64,000 nt of DNA from contig OZ257142.1 of the NCBI GenBank assembly GCA_965279035.1, positions 1,696,001-1,760,000 of the forward strand, in the 5' to 3' direction. This stretch comes from Bacteroidia bacterium. GTDB lineage: Bacteria > Bacteroidota > Bacteroidia > M30B66. A program made the position numbers and the translations under genes. Shown here piece by piece: positions 39,481 to 49,715 of the stretch (position 1 is its first letter; each line of letters starts with the position of its first letter). Under the pieces are notes generated by a model. The model searched no databases. It was given only the letters and a program-made list of their open reading frames with translations, and had not been told where the DNA came from.

Positions 39481-39579
39481 ACCAATCGATTTGAATCTAA
39501 ATTTAAGAGAATTTTCAAATAAAAACACCGATTTTGGCAAGGAATCTAGTTTTTTACCTTTGTGCCAAACGCTGCCTCC

Positions 39580-40281
39580 ATGACGCATCATCACAATGAA
39601 GATCATTTAAAAAGTTCTGCTTTCATTTCCGATATCGTAATTGGTATGGCCGACGGATTAACGGTTCCATTTGCTTTAGCGGCTGGGTTGAGTGGAGCAG
39701 TTCAAAGTAACGGGGTAATAATAACTGCCGGAATTGCCGAAATAGTAGCAGGAAGTATTGCCATGGGTTTAGGTGGATATTTGGCTGGCAAGACCGAACA
39801 AGAACATTATGCTTCCGAATGGAAAAGGGAAGAAGAAGAAGTGGAACGTGTTCCCGAACGTGAAAAAGAAGAAGTACGCGAAGTGTTTGCCGAATATGGA
39901 TTAAGTGTCGAAACACAACACTTGATTGCCGATGAAATGGCAAAAGACAAACGCAAGTGGATTGAATTTATGATGAAGTTCGAATTAGGACTCGAAGAAC
40001 CTCATATTAACAGAGCACGAAACAGTGCAGCTACCATTGGAATCGCCTATATTGTTGGAGGTATTATTCCTTTAAGTGCGTATGTTTTTACCGATACTCC
40101 TGTTTTGGGTTTGATGTTTTCGGCAATTTTAACGGTGATGTGCTTATTTGTTTTTGGATATTATAAGAGTAAAGTAACTGGACAAGCTCCATTACAAGGT
40201 GCTTTAAAAGTTACGTTTATTGGAGTAATTGCAGCTGCCGCAGCATTTTTTGTCGCTAAACTATTTGGTCAAATGATATAA
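39580..40281 (+). CDS. VIT1/CCC1-family iron/manganese transporter
   Basis: DIVIGMADGL, AEIVAGSIAMGLGGYL, acidic cytoplasmic loop, YIVGGIIPL. Confidence 0.92.
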   Translation: MTHHHNEDHLKSSAFISDIVIGMADGLTVPFALAAGLSGAVQSNGVIITAGIAEIVAGSIAMGLGGYLAGKTEQEHYASEWKREEEEVERVPEREKEEVREVFAEYGLSVETQHLIADEMAKDKRKWIEFMMKFELGLEEPHINRARNSAATIGIAYIVGGIIPLSAYVFTDTPVLGLMFSAILTVMCLFVFGYYKSKVTGQAPLQGALKVTFIGVIAAAAAFFVAKLFGQMI

Positions 40282-40416
40282 AAAAATGTTTGTGCTTGAT
40301 TGAAAGTAGTTTAAAGAAATAATTTATATTCGTTCTTCGTTTTCGATAACTGTTTAAACAGAATAACCGATTTCGAATTTTAATCTAAAATTGCTCAAAA
40401 ATCAATATCAACACCC

Positions 40417-40764
40417 ATGAAATCATTCAAATTCATTTTCGCTAGCTTAACTTTATTGACATTCATCCTAAGCTCATGTAAAGACAATTCGCTTAGACTA
40501 TGTTTTGATTCTGATGATCGAACTCCGAATGTTGGTCAGCGCGTTACATTTAATGCAGCTTGTTCCGAAGGGGTTGATTTATATCATTGGAACTTTGGAG
40601 ATGGTAACGATACAATTACCAAAGTACCAACTGTTCAACATGCATTTCAATCGCAAGGATATTACACCATTTCACTTCATAATACAGCAACTCAAGTTGT
40701 TGGAGAATGTTCTCCTAATGGAAATGGTAATATTGCAACTACTACCTGTGAAGTTACACAATGA
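40417..40764 (+). CDS. PKD-domain lipoprotein
   Basis: Lipobox LSSC; YHWNFGDG...HAF..QGYYTISL. Confidence 0.82.
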   Translation: MKSFKFIFASLTLLTFILSSCKDNSLRLCFDSDDRTPNVGQRVTFNAACSEGVDLYHWNFGDGNDTITKVPTVQHAFQSQGYYTISLHNTATQVVGECSPNGNGNIATTTCEVTQ

Positions 40765-41897
40765 GTGAAAATTTACCTGAACGTGGCCTCAATTGGTTCG
40801 GAATTTTCAGGTTGATTCTTTCCTCATTCCTTTTTCTTTATTCCTTATTAACCCTTATTCCACTTTGGTGGGATGAGGGTCTTTTGTATAATCTGGCTGC
40901 TATAGAAGATGGAAGTTTGTATTGTTTTTTAAGCCTTATCATTTTCATTCTTCCAGCTAAACACTATTTTAAATACAGCAGTTTTATACGTTGGATTCCT
41001 TTTCTTGCCTTTATATTACTCCTGTATCCAGCCTTTCAATCGGCCATTGTATTTTCTAAAATGGAACATTCGGGAGTTACGGGTGCTCAAAATGCATTCT
41101 CCTATGCTCGTTGGATTAAAGGATATAAACCAGCCGTTCGTTTTGAAAATTTAAAAATTACTGCATCCGACAATCAAACCCTTGAAGGCATTTTCTATTC
41201 AAAAAATTATCAAACAGGAAAGCATCCACTTATTCTCGTTCTTCATGGCGGAGGATTTACCGCAGGAACTGCTCAACACGGTCAACGATTAGCTGCGGCA
41301 CTTGCCGATCGTGGCTGGAAAACCCTCAGCATCGATTACCGATTGGCTCCTCAAACATCCTATCCCGGACAAGTGGAAGATGTGAAGCAATGGATTCAAA
41401 AATTAAAAATAGATGCCAATCATTTTGAGATTGATACGACAGCTATCTTTCTTGCAGGCGAATCGGCTGGAGCAACAATCGCAGTGAATGCAGCTTATAC
41501 ATTACATGATCCATCGATTCTTGCTGTTGCTAATTTATATGGTATAGTTTCTACCGAATTTACATATGATGCTCTTCTCGAAAGTTCGTCTGATCTCAAA
41601 TCCATGATCAATGCGTATCGAGGAACCGCAAGCACCACGGAGATAAGTCCGATTGTTCAATGTCGTAAATTCGCTGTTCCAACGATTAGCATTCATGGAG
41701 AACGCGATCCGATAATTCCATTTCAGCAAGCTGCATTTTTAGCTCAAACCCTCGATTCGATGAAGATTCAAAATCAATTGCTTCTCATCCCTTGGGCAAC
41801 GCATTTATTCAATCATCCGGCTTCTGGTCCTTCAGGACAACTTGCTATCGAATCGATTGATCGTTTCTTTCGACAACAAACAAAAAATAATTTCTAA
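40761..41897 (+). CDS. Membrane-anchored alpha/beta hydrolase (HSL-like esterase)
   Basis: Three N-terminal TMs, LHGGGF, IDYRLAP, GESAG, IHGERD, catalytic H in WATH. Confidence 0.88.
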   Translation: MSENLPERGLNWFGIFRLILSSFLFLYSLLTLIPLWWDEGLLYNLAAIEDGSLYCFLSLIIFILPAKHYFKYSSFIRWIPFLAFILLLYPAFQSAIVFSKMEHSGVTGAQNAFSYARWIKGYKPAVRFENLKITASDNQTLEGIFYSKNYQTGKHPLILVLHGGGFTAGTAQHGQRLAAALADRGWKTLSIDYRLAPQTSYPGQVEDVKQWIQKLKIDANHFEIDTTAIFLAGESAGATIAVNAAYTLHDPSILAVANLYGIVSTEFTYDALLESSSDLKSMINAYRGTASTTEISPIVQCRKFAVPTISIHGERDPIIPFQQAAFLAQTLDSMKIQNQLLLIPWATHLFNHPASGPSGQLAIESIDRFFRQQTKNNF

Positions 41898-41924
41898 ACC
41901 CAATCTCACAAAAAAATCAATCGT

Positions 41925-42836
41925 ATGCGTCTTCACTACTTATCCCTTTTTCTTCTATCCATTGTATTATTTTCCTGTTCAAGTGGAACTGAATATGATT
42001 TGAAATATCGCCCAAAACCCAATACACGCTATGCCTTCAAGAATGTTACAACCATGAATATGGATCAGAAGATGATGGGGCAGAGCATGAAAATGGATCA
42101 AGAAATTGTGTACGATGGAATTTATGAAGTAGGTTCAATGTCTGCCGATAGTAGCTATGATGTAACATTAACATACACGCACATGAGCACTAAACAAACC
42201 ATGAAAGCTCCGATGGAGAAAGTAACTTCTTTCGATTCGGATTTAAAGGATACAACTCAGGAAGATACAGGCTCTGAATTATATGATCAGATTTTGAATC
42301 AACCGATGAAAATGAAAGTCAGCAAAGACGGAAAAGTACTTTCATTTAGTGGTATGTATGAAGCGATTAAAAAAGCAATGAAATCAACTACAGATTCCAA
42401 ACTTAGTGATGAATTAGTTGGACAATTTACCGATGATAACATGAAAGGAACAATCGAATATATTTTTCGACTTTATCCTGAATCCAAAGTAAATGTGGGA
42501 GCAGATTGGGAAATTGAACAAAAATACGAAGCCGGATATCCCATGTTAATTCAATCGAAATACACGTTTAATGGGGAGAAAAATGGTCGTGCTATGCTAT
42601 CATCCACAGGAACAATCAAAACGAATAAAGGAGGGAAAGGACTTTCGTCAATGATGGCTAAAATGATTGAACTGAGCGGTGATCAAACAGCAACAATTGA
42701 ATTGGATTTGAAAACCGGATTGCCACTTGTAAATACAAGTAATCTCACAATCAAAGGTGAAATGAATATGATGGGAGCTAAATTTCCGATCAGTATGAAA
42801 TCTACCACCAAGGTAACACTTACACCAATCAACTAA
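41925..42836 (+). CDS. Lipoprotein of unknown function (DUF6263-like)
   Basis: Lipobox LFSC; Met-rich beta strands; YPESKVNVGADW and DLKTGLP motifs. Confidence 0.7.
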   Translation: MRLHYLSLFLLSIVLFSCSSGTEYDLKYRPKPNTRYAFKNVTTMNMDQKMMGQSMKMDQEIVYDGIYEVGSMSADSSYDVTLTYTHMSTKQTMKAPMEKVTSFDSDLKDTTQEDTGSELYDQILNQPMKMKVSKDGKVLSFSGMYEAIKKAMKSTTDSKLSDELVGQFTDDNMKGTIEYIFRLYPESKVNVGADWEIEQKYEAGYPMLIQSKYTFNGEKNGRAMLSSTGTIKTNKGGKGLSSMMAKMIELSGDQTATIELDLKTGLPLVNTSNLTIKGEMNMMGAKFPISMKSTTKVTLTPIN

Positions 42837-42838
42837 GA

Positions 42839-44077
42839 TTACTCGAAACGAAGCGCGTCAATAGGGTCGAGCTTGGCTGCTTTTATGGCGGGAATTAAAC
42901 CTGAAAGCAGCCCAACAATAAAGCAGAGAACTGCAGCCAAAATCATCCATGCCCAGGGAATAATAAAACCTTGTTCGAAATACATCGAAACACCATTGCC
43001 CATAAGGATTCCTAAAATAATTCCGAGCGCACCGCCCAATTGACAAATCACAATGGCCTCGATGAGGAATTGATTACGTATGGTGTTGGAAGTGGCGCCA
43101 ATGGCTTTTCGTACACCAATTTCGCGAGTGCGTTCGGTGACTGATACAAGCATAATATTCATCAACCCGATAGCAGCACCCAATAAGGTGATGATCGCAA
43201 TGAGAGTTGCTGCAATGGTAACAAACGACAAATTATCTATTAGCATCATAGAGAGATTGTCGCTTTTGGTGATTTCGAAATTTACAGGATCTTTTGTGCG
43301 TAGCTTGCGGATGATGCGAAAGAAACCGGTTGCTTCAGCCAATGTTGCATCCATCATTTCTGGTGAATTTGCCAACACATTAATTACATACGACATGGAA
43401 TTAGAACCAAAATGTTGACGAATATTAAGCAGTGGCAAGAGCACTATTTTATCACCTCCAAAACCGAAACTTGAGCCTTTCTCTTTAAGTAATCCAATGA
43501 CTTTTACTTTGATTGCTCCTACCGAAATTTCTTTACCAATGGGAGATGTTTTGGGGAATAAATTCTTTTTTAATTCTTGTCCAATGAGTGCGACGTTAGC
43601 ACCAGACTTAATTTCTGTCATTGAGAAATTTCGTCCTTCATCTAATTCATATCCCGCAGTAACTAAATAATTTTCATCACCTCCAAAAACAGTGATGTTC
43701 GGATTTGTTATTAATGAACCTGATTTGATGGTTGAAATTCTAGAACCTACACAACTTACGCCGATACGCGAAGGAAAAGTAAATTCAGATTTAAAACGAT
43801 TAGCTTCTTCGAATGAAATTGTTTTGTAAACAGTTGGACGTTTTCCGCCTTTACCAATTCTCACATTGGAACCTCGATTCCGAATGTTAAAGGTATTGGC
43901 ACCCATCGAAGTAAAATTCGAAGTAATGCTTTCTTTGATGACATCAATTGCCGTAAGAATTCCAACCAAGGCCATGATTCCTAAAGCAATAATCATAATG
44001 GTAAGAAAAGTACGCAGCGATTGCGATTTAATCGAAGTGAGTGCTATGCGTATATTCTCAAAAACCAAAGGATTCAT
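42839..44077 (-). CDS. MacB/FtsX-like ABC transporter permease
   Basis: LRTFLTIMIIALGI, GLMNIMLVSVTERTREIGVRKAIGA, AAKLDPIDALRFE. Start at MNPLVFEN. Confidence 0.92.
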   Translation of the reverse strand: MNPLVFENIRIALTSIKSQSLRTFLTIMIIALGIMALVGILTAIDVIKESITSNFTSMGANTFNIRNRGSNVRIGKGGKRPTVYKTISFEEANRFKSEFTFPSRIGVSCVGSRISTIKSGSLITNPNITVFGGDENYLVTAGYELDEGRNFSMTEIKSGANVALIGQELKKNLFPKTSPIGKEISVGAIKVKVIGLLKEKGSSFGFGGDKIVLLPLLNIRQHFGSNSMSYVINVLANSPEMMDATLAEATGFFRIIRKLRTKDPVNFEITKSDNLSMMLIDNLSFVTIAATLIAIITLLGAAIGLMNIMLVSVTERTREIGVRKAIGATSNTIRNQFLIEAIVICQLGGALGIILGILMGNGVSMYFEQGFIIPWAWMILAAVLCFIVGLLSGLIPAIKAAKLDPIDALRFE

Positions 44078-44205
44078 GTGGTAAAGATAGGGGAGAAGAT
44101 GAATGAACAAAATCCTTTTCCCAAACAGATATTCGAGTTGTTTTGGCTGCTAAAAAATCCTTTGAGTTTATCTCCTCAATTTGTATTTTCGTGAAAATTC
44201 AACAG

Positions 44206-44427
44206 ATGAAACGTTCTATTTTATTGATCATTTCAGGAGTGCTACTCTGTTTTTGCTCATGTAAAAAATGCTATATGTGCACTTGTACCGATACAACAGT
44301 TTTAGGTGGTTGTTCCGTTGCTGGTCAGCAAACTGAAATGTGTGATAAAGGCTTAGTTGGAAAATCGATGTTAACCGTGCGCGTATCTCAAAAAGAATCC
44401 GAAGGAAATACTTGCACTCTTGAATAA
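44206..44427 (+). CDS. Small cysteine-rich lipoprotein
   Basis: MKRSILL signal, lipobox FCSC, then KKCYMCTC..C..C..CT. Confidence 0.7.
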   Translation: MKRSILLIISGVLLCFCSCKKCYMCTCTDTTVLGGCSVAGQQTEMCDKGLVGKSMLTVRVSQKESEGNTCTLE

Positions 44428-45040
44428 TTCCTCGATTGAATCAATTGCCGAATTTATTCCTGGTTTTCTTTTGGAATTTCCCAGCTTGGCTCATTGCTTA
44501 CCATGGGAAATACCCAGTTTATTAGAAGCCGCCATTGTTCGAAAAATTTCGGTCTTTAATGATGATTATTTGGTGAATGATACCATTGCAATTCATCGAA
44601 CTGCAAACGTAGAACAAGGTGCTATTTTAAAAGGTCCACTTATTATTGGTCCTCATTGTTTTATTGCAGCACATGCTTATTTACGAGCAGGAGTTTTTCT
44701 TTCGGAAGGTGTAGTAATTGGACCAGGCGTTGAAATTAAATCGAGTTTTATAGGAGTAAAATCACGTATTGCCCATTTTAATTTTGTGGGTGATAGCCTA
44801 ATTGGTGATGATGTAAATATTGAAGCGGGTGCTGTCATTGCCAATCATCTCAACGAACGTGAAAATCGTAATCTACAATTCATGTGGTCGGGAAAATTGC
44901 ACAAAACAACTTGCGAAAAATTTGGAGCATTGATCGGAAATAAGGCATGCATTGGAGCGAATGCAGTTATTTCTCCCGGCACAATCATTCCCGCCGGGAG
45001 CATTGTTCCTCGTTTAGCTTTGGTTGATCAACAACTTTAA
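44420..45040 (+). CDS. Hexapeptide-repeat acyltransferase (GlmU/LpxA-like left-handed beta helix)
   Basis: IKSSFIG, HFNFVGDSLIG..VNIEAGAVIAN, KFGALIG, IGANAVISPG. Confidence 0.85.
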   Translation: MNNSSIESIAEFIPGFLLEFPSLAHCLPWEIPSLLEAAIVRKISVFNDDYLVNDTIAIHRTANVEQGAILKGPLIIGPHCFIAAHAYLRAGVFLSEGVVIGPGVEIKSSFIGVKSRIAHFNFVGDSLIGDDVNIEAGAVIANHLNERENRNLQFMWSGKLHKTTCEKFGALIGNKACIGANAVISPGTIIPAGSIVPRLALVDQQL

Positions 45041-45092
45041 TATGCGTTTCGAATGCTTGAATTTTAAATTCATTCATTCAGCATCCCACAAA

Positions 45093-48000
45093 TTAACGAT
45101 CTAGGAAATCACGTTTACGTTTCTCAATACCAATCATAAACTGATACGGTGGTTTTCCATTTTCACCATCTACCGATCGTTTCTTCGCATCCAATTCGCG
45201 CACTGCTTTATTAAATGCTTCATCTCCTGCAATCACACTCATTATATTACGTGTGTAGTTGAAGAAAAACCATTTCTGAGATTCCAATTCGATGTAGAAA
45301 TTCAAAATATCTCCACCTCGTTTTTTGACCAATTCGATTTTTCCTTTGATGACTTTATTTACCGGAGTTTTACCAATATTCGAAATTGATAACCATCCTT
45401 CAGAAACATAGGATCGTGTTTCGGTATTCCATTTCATTTCTACATTCGAAAACACAATGGAATGATTGAGTTCATCGGGGAAACGTTTGATAGAACCTGT
45501 TGCTGCAAGATCTTTCAACACCTTATCCGCTTGCTCTTTTCCAATTAATCCAATGAGGGCTTTTTTATAATCACTCGATGAAACATCCGAAGCCTGCAAT
45601 CCACTCGTAGCAGCAATTCCATCCTCAATCATTTTCCATAATTCAGGAGCGAAAAAGAAATCCATTGCAATGCTTGCTTTAAACTTGGTTTCATCGGTTG
45701 CAATACTGTGCGAAGCCTTTCCAAATGTTTGCAACTTGACTTGTCCCAAATCGAGCCCGAAACTCAAATTCCCTTCTCCCGAAACATCACAATTAGCTTG
45801 CTTCATAGCAACGTAATCGTCGGCCAATTCAGGATTTCCAAATTTCTCTTTTGTAGTAATCTGATATTCCTGTGCGGTTTTATTAAATCGTAAATAGCCA
45901 CGTGAATTGAGAATTTCCTGATCGCCAGTCTTCTCTTTTTTCGACATAAACACAGGATACACATGGGTTGAATCTTTCACTAAAACAAGACCAGCCATGA
46001 GTTTCTCATTATCAACGCTACGTGGAAAAGAATCTACTGGAATTAAAATGTCGGCAGGATCGATTGGTGCTTTGAACTTAAGCCAGTTTTTATTTAATGA
46101 AGTACAATTATGTACAATGCGAACACCGCCTTCGAATGTTAGATTTTTTTCGGGCGCAAACAAATTCACTTTGCCTTTGAAATCGAAATTCGAACTCAAT
46201 GTAAATTTCTGTTCTTCTTCAATTTCACCTGTTCCAATAGTATTTCCTAAAGTGTCCTGAGTGATTTTGGTGAATTTAATTACCTGAACTTTCCCTAATT
46301 CATCCTCGAAATCATAACTGCCACTAGCAGTATATTTCCGTTTGGCTGTAATGTCGATGTTCGCATCATATATATCATGATACTTCAAATCGTTGTTAGC
46401 ATTTAAGCGCGACTTGGTTAAGGTGGTCATAACTGCATTTCGCTCAATATTGATTTTTTCATCTGCCGGATAAATAGTTGCATCTGCAACGCGAATCAAT
46501 TTCACCCCATCAGTACGAATGGTTCGATCGGCCATCGCATATTTTGCCTTGGGAGCAACAAAGGTGATTGAATCCTGATCGGGCCTCGTCGAAACGAACC
46601 GCGATCCAATCAAGTCAATCTCGTTCATCGAGGAATTCATGTCCACCTCGTCTTTATCCATATACCAGCGAAGTTCATCCATGTAGGCGATGTATTTATT
46701 CACTGGGAATTCGATGTAGGAATCGGCAGAGTTCGACTTAAATTGACCTTGACGGTTCTTGAAACTCACATCCGCTTTTACGTTATCGGTTTTAATGGCG
46801 ACTTCTTTTGTTCCATCATTTTTCACTTCATCACGCGCAGTGAAAGCAAACGAAGCCGTATCGGATTTGAAATCTTCTTTTCGGAACCTGAATTTCTTCG
46901 AAGCTACTTCGGCACTTGCAAACTCTAAAGTTCCAGCTCCTGTCATTCCGGCTTCACCAATGGCAATTTTCCCACTCAATTTCGATTCACCAGCATACAT
47001 CACGATAGCTTGTGAGGTTTGAGCCACTTCGAATTTGTTAGGTTGATAGGGTTCCCAATGCAATTTCACATCAGCTGCTTCTACATCCGGAAATTCCACA
47101 TTGCCTTGCTGTGCAGCCTGAACGGTTAAGCTTCGACAAAAAGCATTCACCGAATCTGGGAAAAACACAAAGTCGTTCGATTTTGCTGAGGTTGTCAAAT
47201 ACTTGATTTCGCCATCACCACGCAAACCTTTATGACTCATCTGCAATTTGTTAATAAAAACACCTTTGCTCTGATAAATTGGCAATCCTTCTTCTTCGGT
47301 TTCACGTTTAAATCCTAATGAATAATCTTCCTGTAATCGCAGTTCCTCGCGCAAATCAGGGAAAATTCCAGCCGAAACAAAATTGCCTTTAAACACCAAT
47401 CCATCATTCGAGAAATTATCGAGACTATCAACCGTATAGGGATCTAATTGGAAATAAAAATTACTACGATTATATACGTTATTTAATATAGAACCCTTTT
47501 GATAAAAAGCATAGGAATTCTTTACAGAGTTGAAGATTGGGTACTGAGCTAGCGATTTCACACCGCTTTTATTGTATGGATGATCGATGAGCAAATCCCC
47601 AATAATATTTTCAATAACGGTCTTTACTTTAATCAAGGGTTTCTTTCCAAATTCATCCAATTCTCCTCCTTCAACGCGCAATCGCAATGAATCCACATTG
47701 TCGAGATTCAACTTAAATTTATCATAATTGAAATCGAACTTTTTACCAAAGAATTCAAATCGTCCCGCCATGATTCGGCCGGCAAAATCAAAGTCTCGGT
47801 TTTTATGGATCATCAGCTCTTGATTTTTCGGATAGATCACCACATTTTGTGAATCGCTCAAGAAAATTCGTTCAACACCTTTCATCCGCAAATCCCAATT
47901 AAGCAAACTTAATTCTGCATTGTTTTCAGATCCACCCACATTGGAAAAAAACTGAATCACATCATAATCGGCTCTACCATTCAGCGCCAGCAAGTATTTT

Positions 48001-49553
48001 CTCAAACGCGGCTTGAATGTCACCATTTGAGTTTCTTCGTTATAAATAACAAATCCTTTTACCGAAAGTCTTCTTAAAATATGACGAATTTGAGTAGGCT
48101 CAATGCGGTAGAAACGGGCAACTTCATCCGAATGAAATTCCTCTCGTCCACCATTAGCATCCGATAATTTTCGCAATACAACAAGCGGACTTTCTTCGTC
48201 CATCCCTTTGATTTCGATAAAGCGCTCCTCTCTGAAATAATCCGATGATTCGAAAAGAGCTTTACTTTCTACTGCACCTGGAATCGCTCTAAAATGTAAT
48301 GTTGGTTCATCCACCTTCCATTCGAGCACTTCAAAATCCATATCCAGTTGATGATAGCTGTTTGAATAAGGCGTTTTAGAAGTCCCTTCATTGTTACGAA
48401 GGAGATAAAACTGACGTTTGTCGTCGAGATAACGAAATACTAAACCGGGATGAACAATAGAATCTTCATCAATCCTAATATTGACAGAAGCTTGAGATGA
48501 ATTGAGGCTATTATTTTCGATGAGGAAGGCCGACGATTGAACTTTGATAAAGGGTTTTCCTTCGCGTTTGAAATAGAATGTAGCTGGATTTTCAAGATTT
48601 CCCGATCCAAGCAATTGAGCACCTTGGACCGTTAATCCACCTTTATAATCAATGTTCTTGAAGATTCCTGGAATACTGAACTCAGTATTGTAAGAACTAA
48701 AGCGCGGATAGGTTGCATCGCGTTTGCCGGGATTGTCGGTGAGCTTTTCGCTTACTTGACCAAGGATAGGTTCTTTGAAATATTTAGGAAAAGTAAAGGT
48801 GGCGCTATCTCCCGTGAATTTGGTTGTTTTAACAATGAGTTCATACTTGGAAAGTTTAGCATTGGCTTCATCTTCTTTCAAACCAGCACGTTCCCAAAGA
48901 AGCTTCCCACCTTTTCCAATAAAACGGTATTCGGTAGGATAAAATATTCCCGAAGTTGTATAAATAATGGTGCTATCGCCACGAGTAACACCTCTAAGAT
49001 TGGTTGTTGGAATGGTGATGTTGGCCAAACTATCAAATCCAAATTTGACGTCACTTGTACCGATATACCAAGCAACTGCTTCGGATTTGTAAAAGGCATT
49101 GTAGCGAATTAAATTCTCGGACGTTATAAGGTATTGATCGAATTTTCCGGCGGTGATTTTGGTGATGAGTTGATTTACTTGCGTGTTCCAATCATTATAA
49201 TAATCAACAGATTTAGTGCTTTCCCCATAGGCAATGATGCATTGAAAATAATCTCTAAAATTCGGAATAGCATTCATCCTTTTTTTCATCATCGCATTGG
49301 AAGTTGTGATGATGGATTGTTTCACTCCAAGGCTAAATTTCGTTTCCCACAATGGCTCTAGTTGATCGATGAGCAACTTGGCTTGTTGTTTATCGGCAGC
49401 AGATATATAGGTCTCAATGTCTTTCAGAAATTGAACCGGTTCATTCGAAAATGACTTGATTGGTTGCGCAAGTCCGGTTTCTGTAATGAGCAAAATGAGA
49501 ATTGCCGGAAAGAATAGTAGGCGCTTCAGTAGGGATGAATACTTGCTTAGCAT
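45093..49553 (-). CDS. Large (1486 aa) exported hypothetical protein, predicted mostly beta
   Basis: Long uninterrupted ORF, Sec signal ending GLA-Q, alternating hydrophobic strand pattern. No catalytic motif, T9SS CTD or terminal barrel Phe recognised. Confidence 0.8.
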   Translation of the reverse strand: MLSKYSSLLKRLLFFPAILILLITETGLAQPIKSFSNEPVQFLKDIETYISAADKQQAKLLIDQLEPLWETKFSLGVKQSIITTSNAMMKKRMNAIPNFRDYFQCIIAYGESTKSVDYYNDWNTQVNQLITKITAGKFDQYLITSENLIRYNAFYKSEAVAWYIGTSDVKFGFDSLANITIPTTNLRGVTRGDSTIIYTTSGIFYPTEYRFIGKGGKLLWERAGLKEDEANAKLSKYELIVKTTKFTGDSATFTFPKYFKEPILGQVSEKLTDNPGKRDATYPRFSSYNTEFSIPGIFKNIDYKGGLTVQGAQLLGSGNLENPATFYFKREGKPFIKVQSSAFLIENNSLNSSQASVNIRIDEDSIVHPGLVFRYLDDKRQFYLLRNNEGTSKTPYSNSYHQLDMDFEVLEWKVDEPTLHFRAIPGAVESKALFESSDYFREERFIEIKGMDEESPLVVLRKLSDANGGREEFHSDEVARFYRIEPTQIRHILRRLSVKGFVIYNEETQMVTFKPRLRKYLLALNGRADYDVIQFFSNVGGSENNAELSLLNWDLRMKGVERIFLSDSQNVVIYPKNQELMIHKNRDFDFAGRIMAGRFEFFGKKFDFNYDKFKLNLDNVDSLRLRVEGGELDEFGKKPLIKVKTVIENIIGDLLIDHPYNKSGVKSLAQYPIFNSVKNSYAFYQKGSILNNVYNRSNFYFQLDPYTVDSLDNFSNDGLVFKGNFVSAGIFPDLREELRLQEDYSLGFKRETEEEGLPIYQSKGVFINKLQMSHKGLRGDGEIKYLTTSAKSNDFVFFPDSVNAFCRSLTVQAAQQGNVEFPDVEAADVKLHWEPYQPNKFEVAQTSQAIVMYAGESKLSGKIAIGEAGMTGAGTLEFASAEVASKKFRFRKEDFKSDTASFAFTARDEVKNDGTKEVAIKTDNVKADVSFKNRQGQFKSNSADSYIEFPVNKYIAYMDELRWYMDKDEVDMNSSMNEIDLIGSRFVSTRPDQDSITFVAPKAKYAMADRTIRTDGVKLIRVADATIYPADEKINIERNAVMTTLTKSRLNANNDLKYHDIYDANIDITAKRKYTASGSYDFEDELGKVQVIKFTKITQDTLGNTIGTGEIEEEQKFTLSSNFDFKGKVNLFAPEKNLTFEGGVRIVHNCTSLNKNWLKFKAPIDPADILIPVDSFPRSVDNEKLMAGLVLVKDSTHVYPVFMSKKEKTGDQEILNSRGYLRFNKTAQEYQITTKEKFGNPELADDYVAMKQANCDVSGEGNLSFGLDLGQVKLQTFGKASHSIATDETKFKASIAMDFFFAPELWKMIEDGIAATSGLQASDVSSSDYKKALIGLIGKEQADKVLKDLAATGSIKRFPDELNHSIVFSNVEMKWNTETRSYVSEGWLSISNIGKTPVNKVIKGKIELVKKRGGDILNFYIELESQKWFFFNYTRNIMSVIAGDEAFNKAVRELDAKKRSVDGENGKPPYQFMIGIEKRKRDFLDR

Positions 49554-49715
49554 GTTTGCAAATTACCTATTTCGAATGCAGATGTTGAGGGATTTGAAAA
49601 TTGATTTTTGCACAAGTTTTAAGCAATCATGCGGTTCTTAAAGAAAATTATCCAGTTTTGATATTTCTTAATTTTTCATGTAGGTTTGTGCAGAAGGTTA
49701 ACCATTATGCATTCA

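Noticed and set aside
37635-44077. Two MacB-like permeases without an ATPase as a novel system
   Set aside because: Orphan FtsX/MacB permeases with a distant ATPase gene are common in Bacteroidota, and these two are convergent and separated by unrelated genes.
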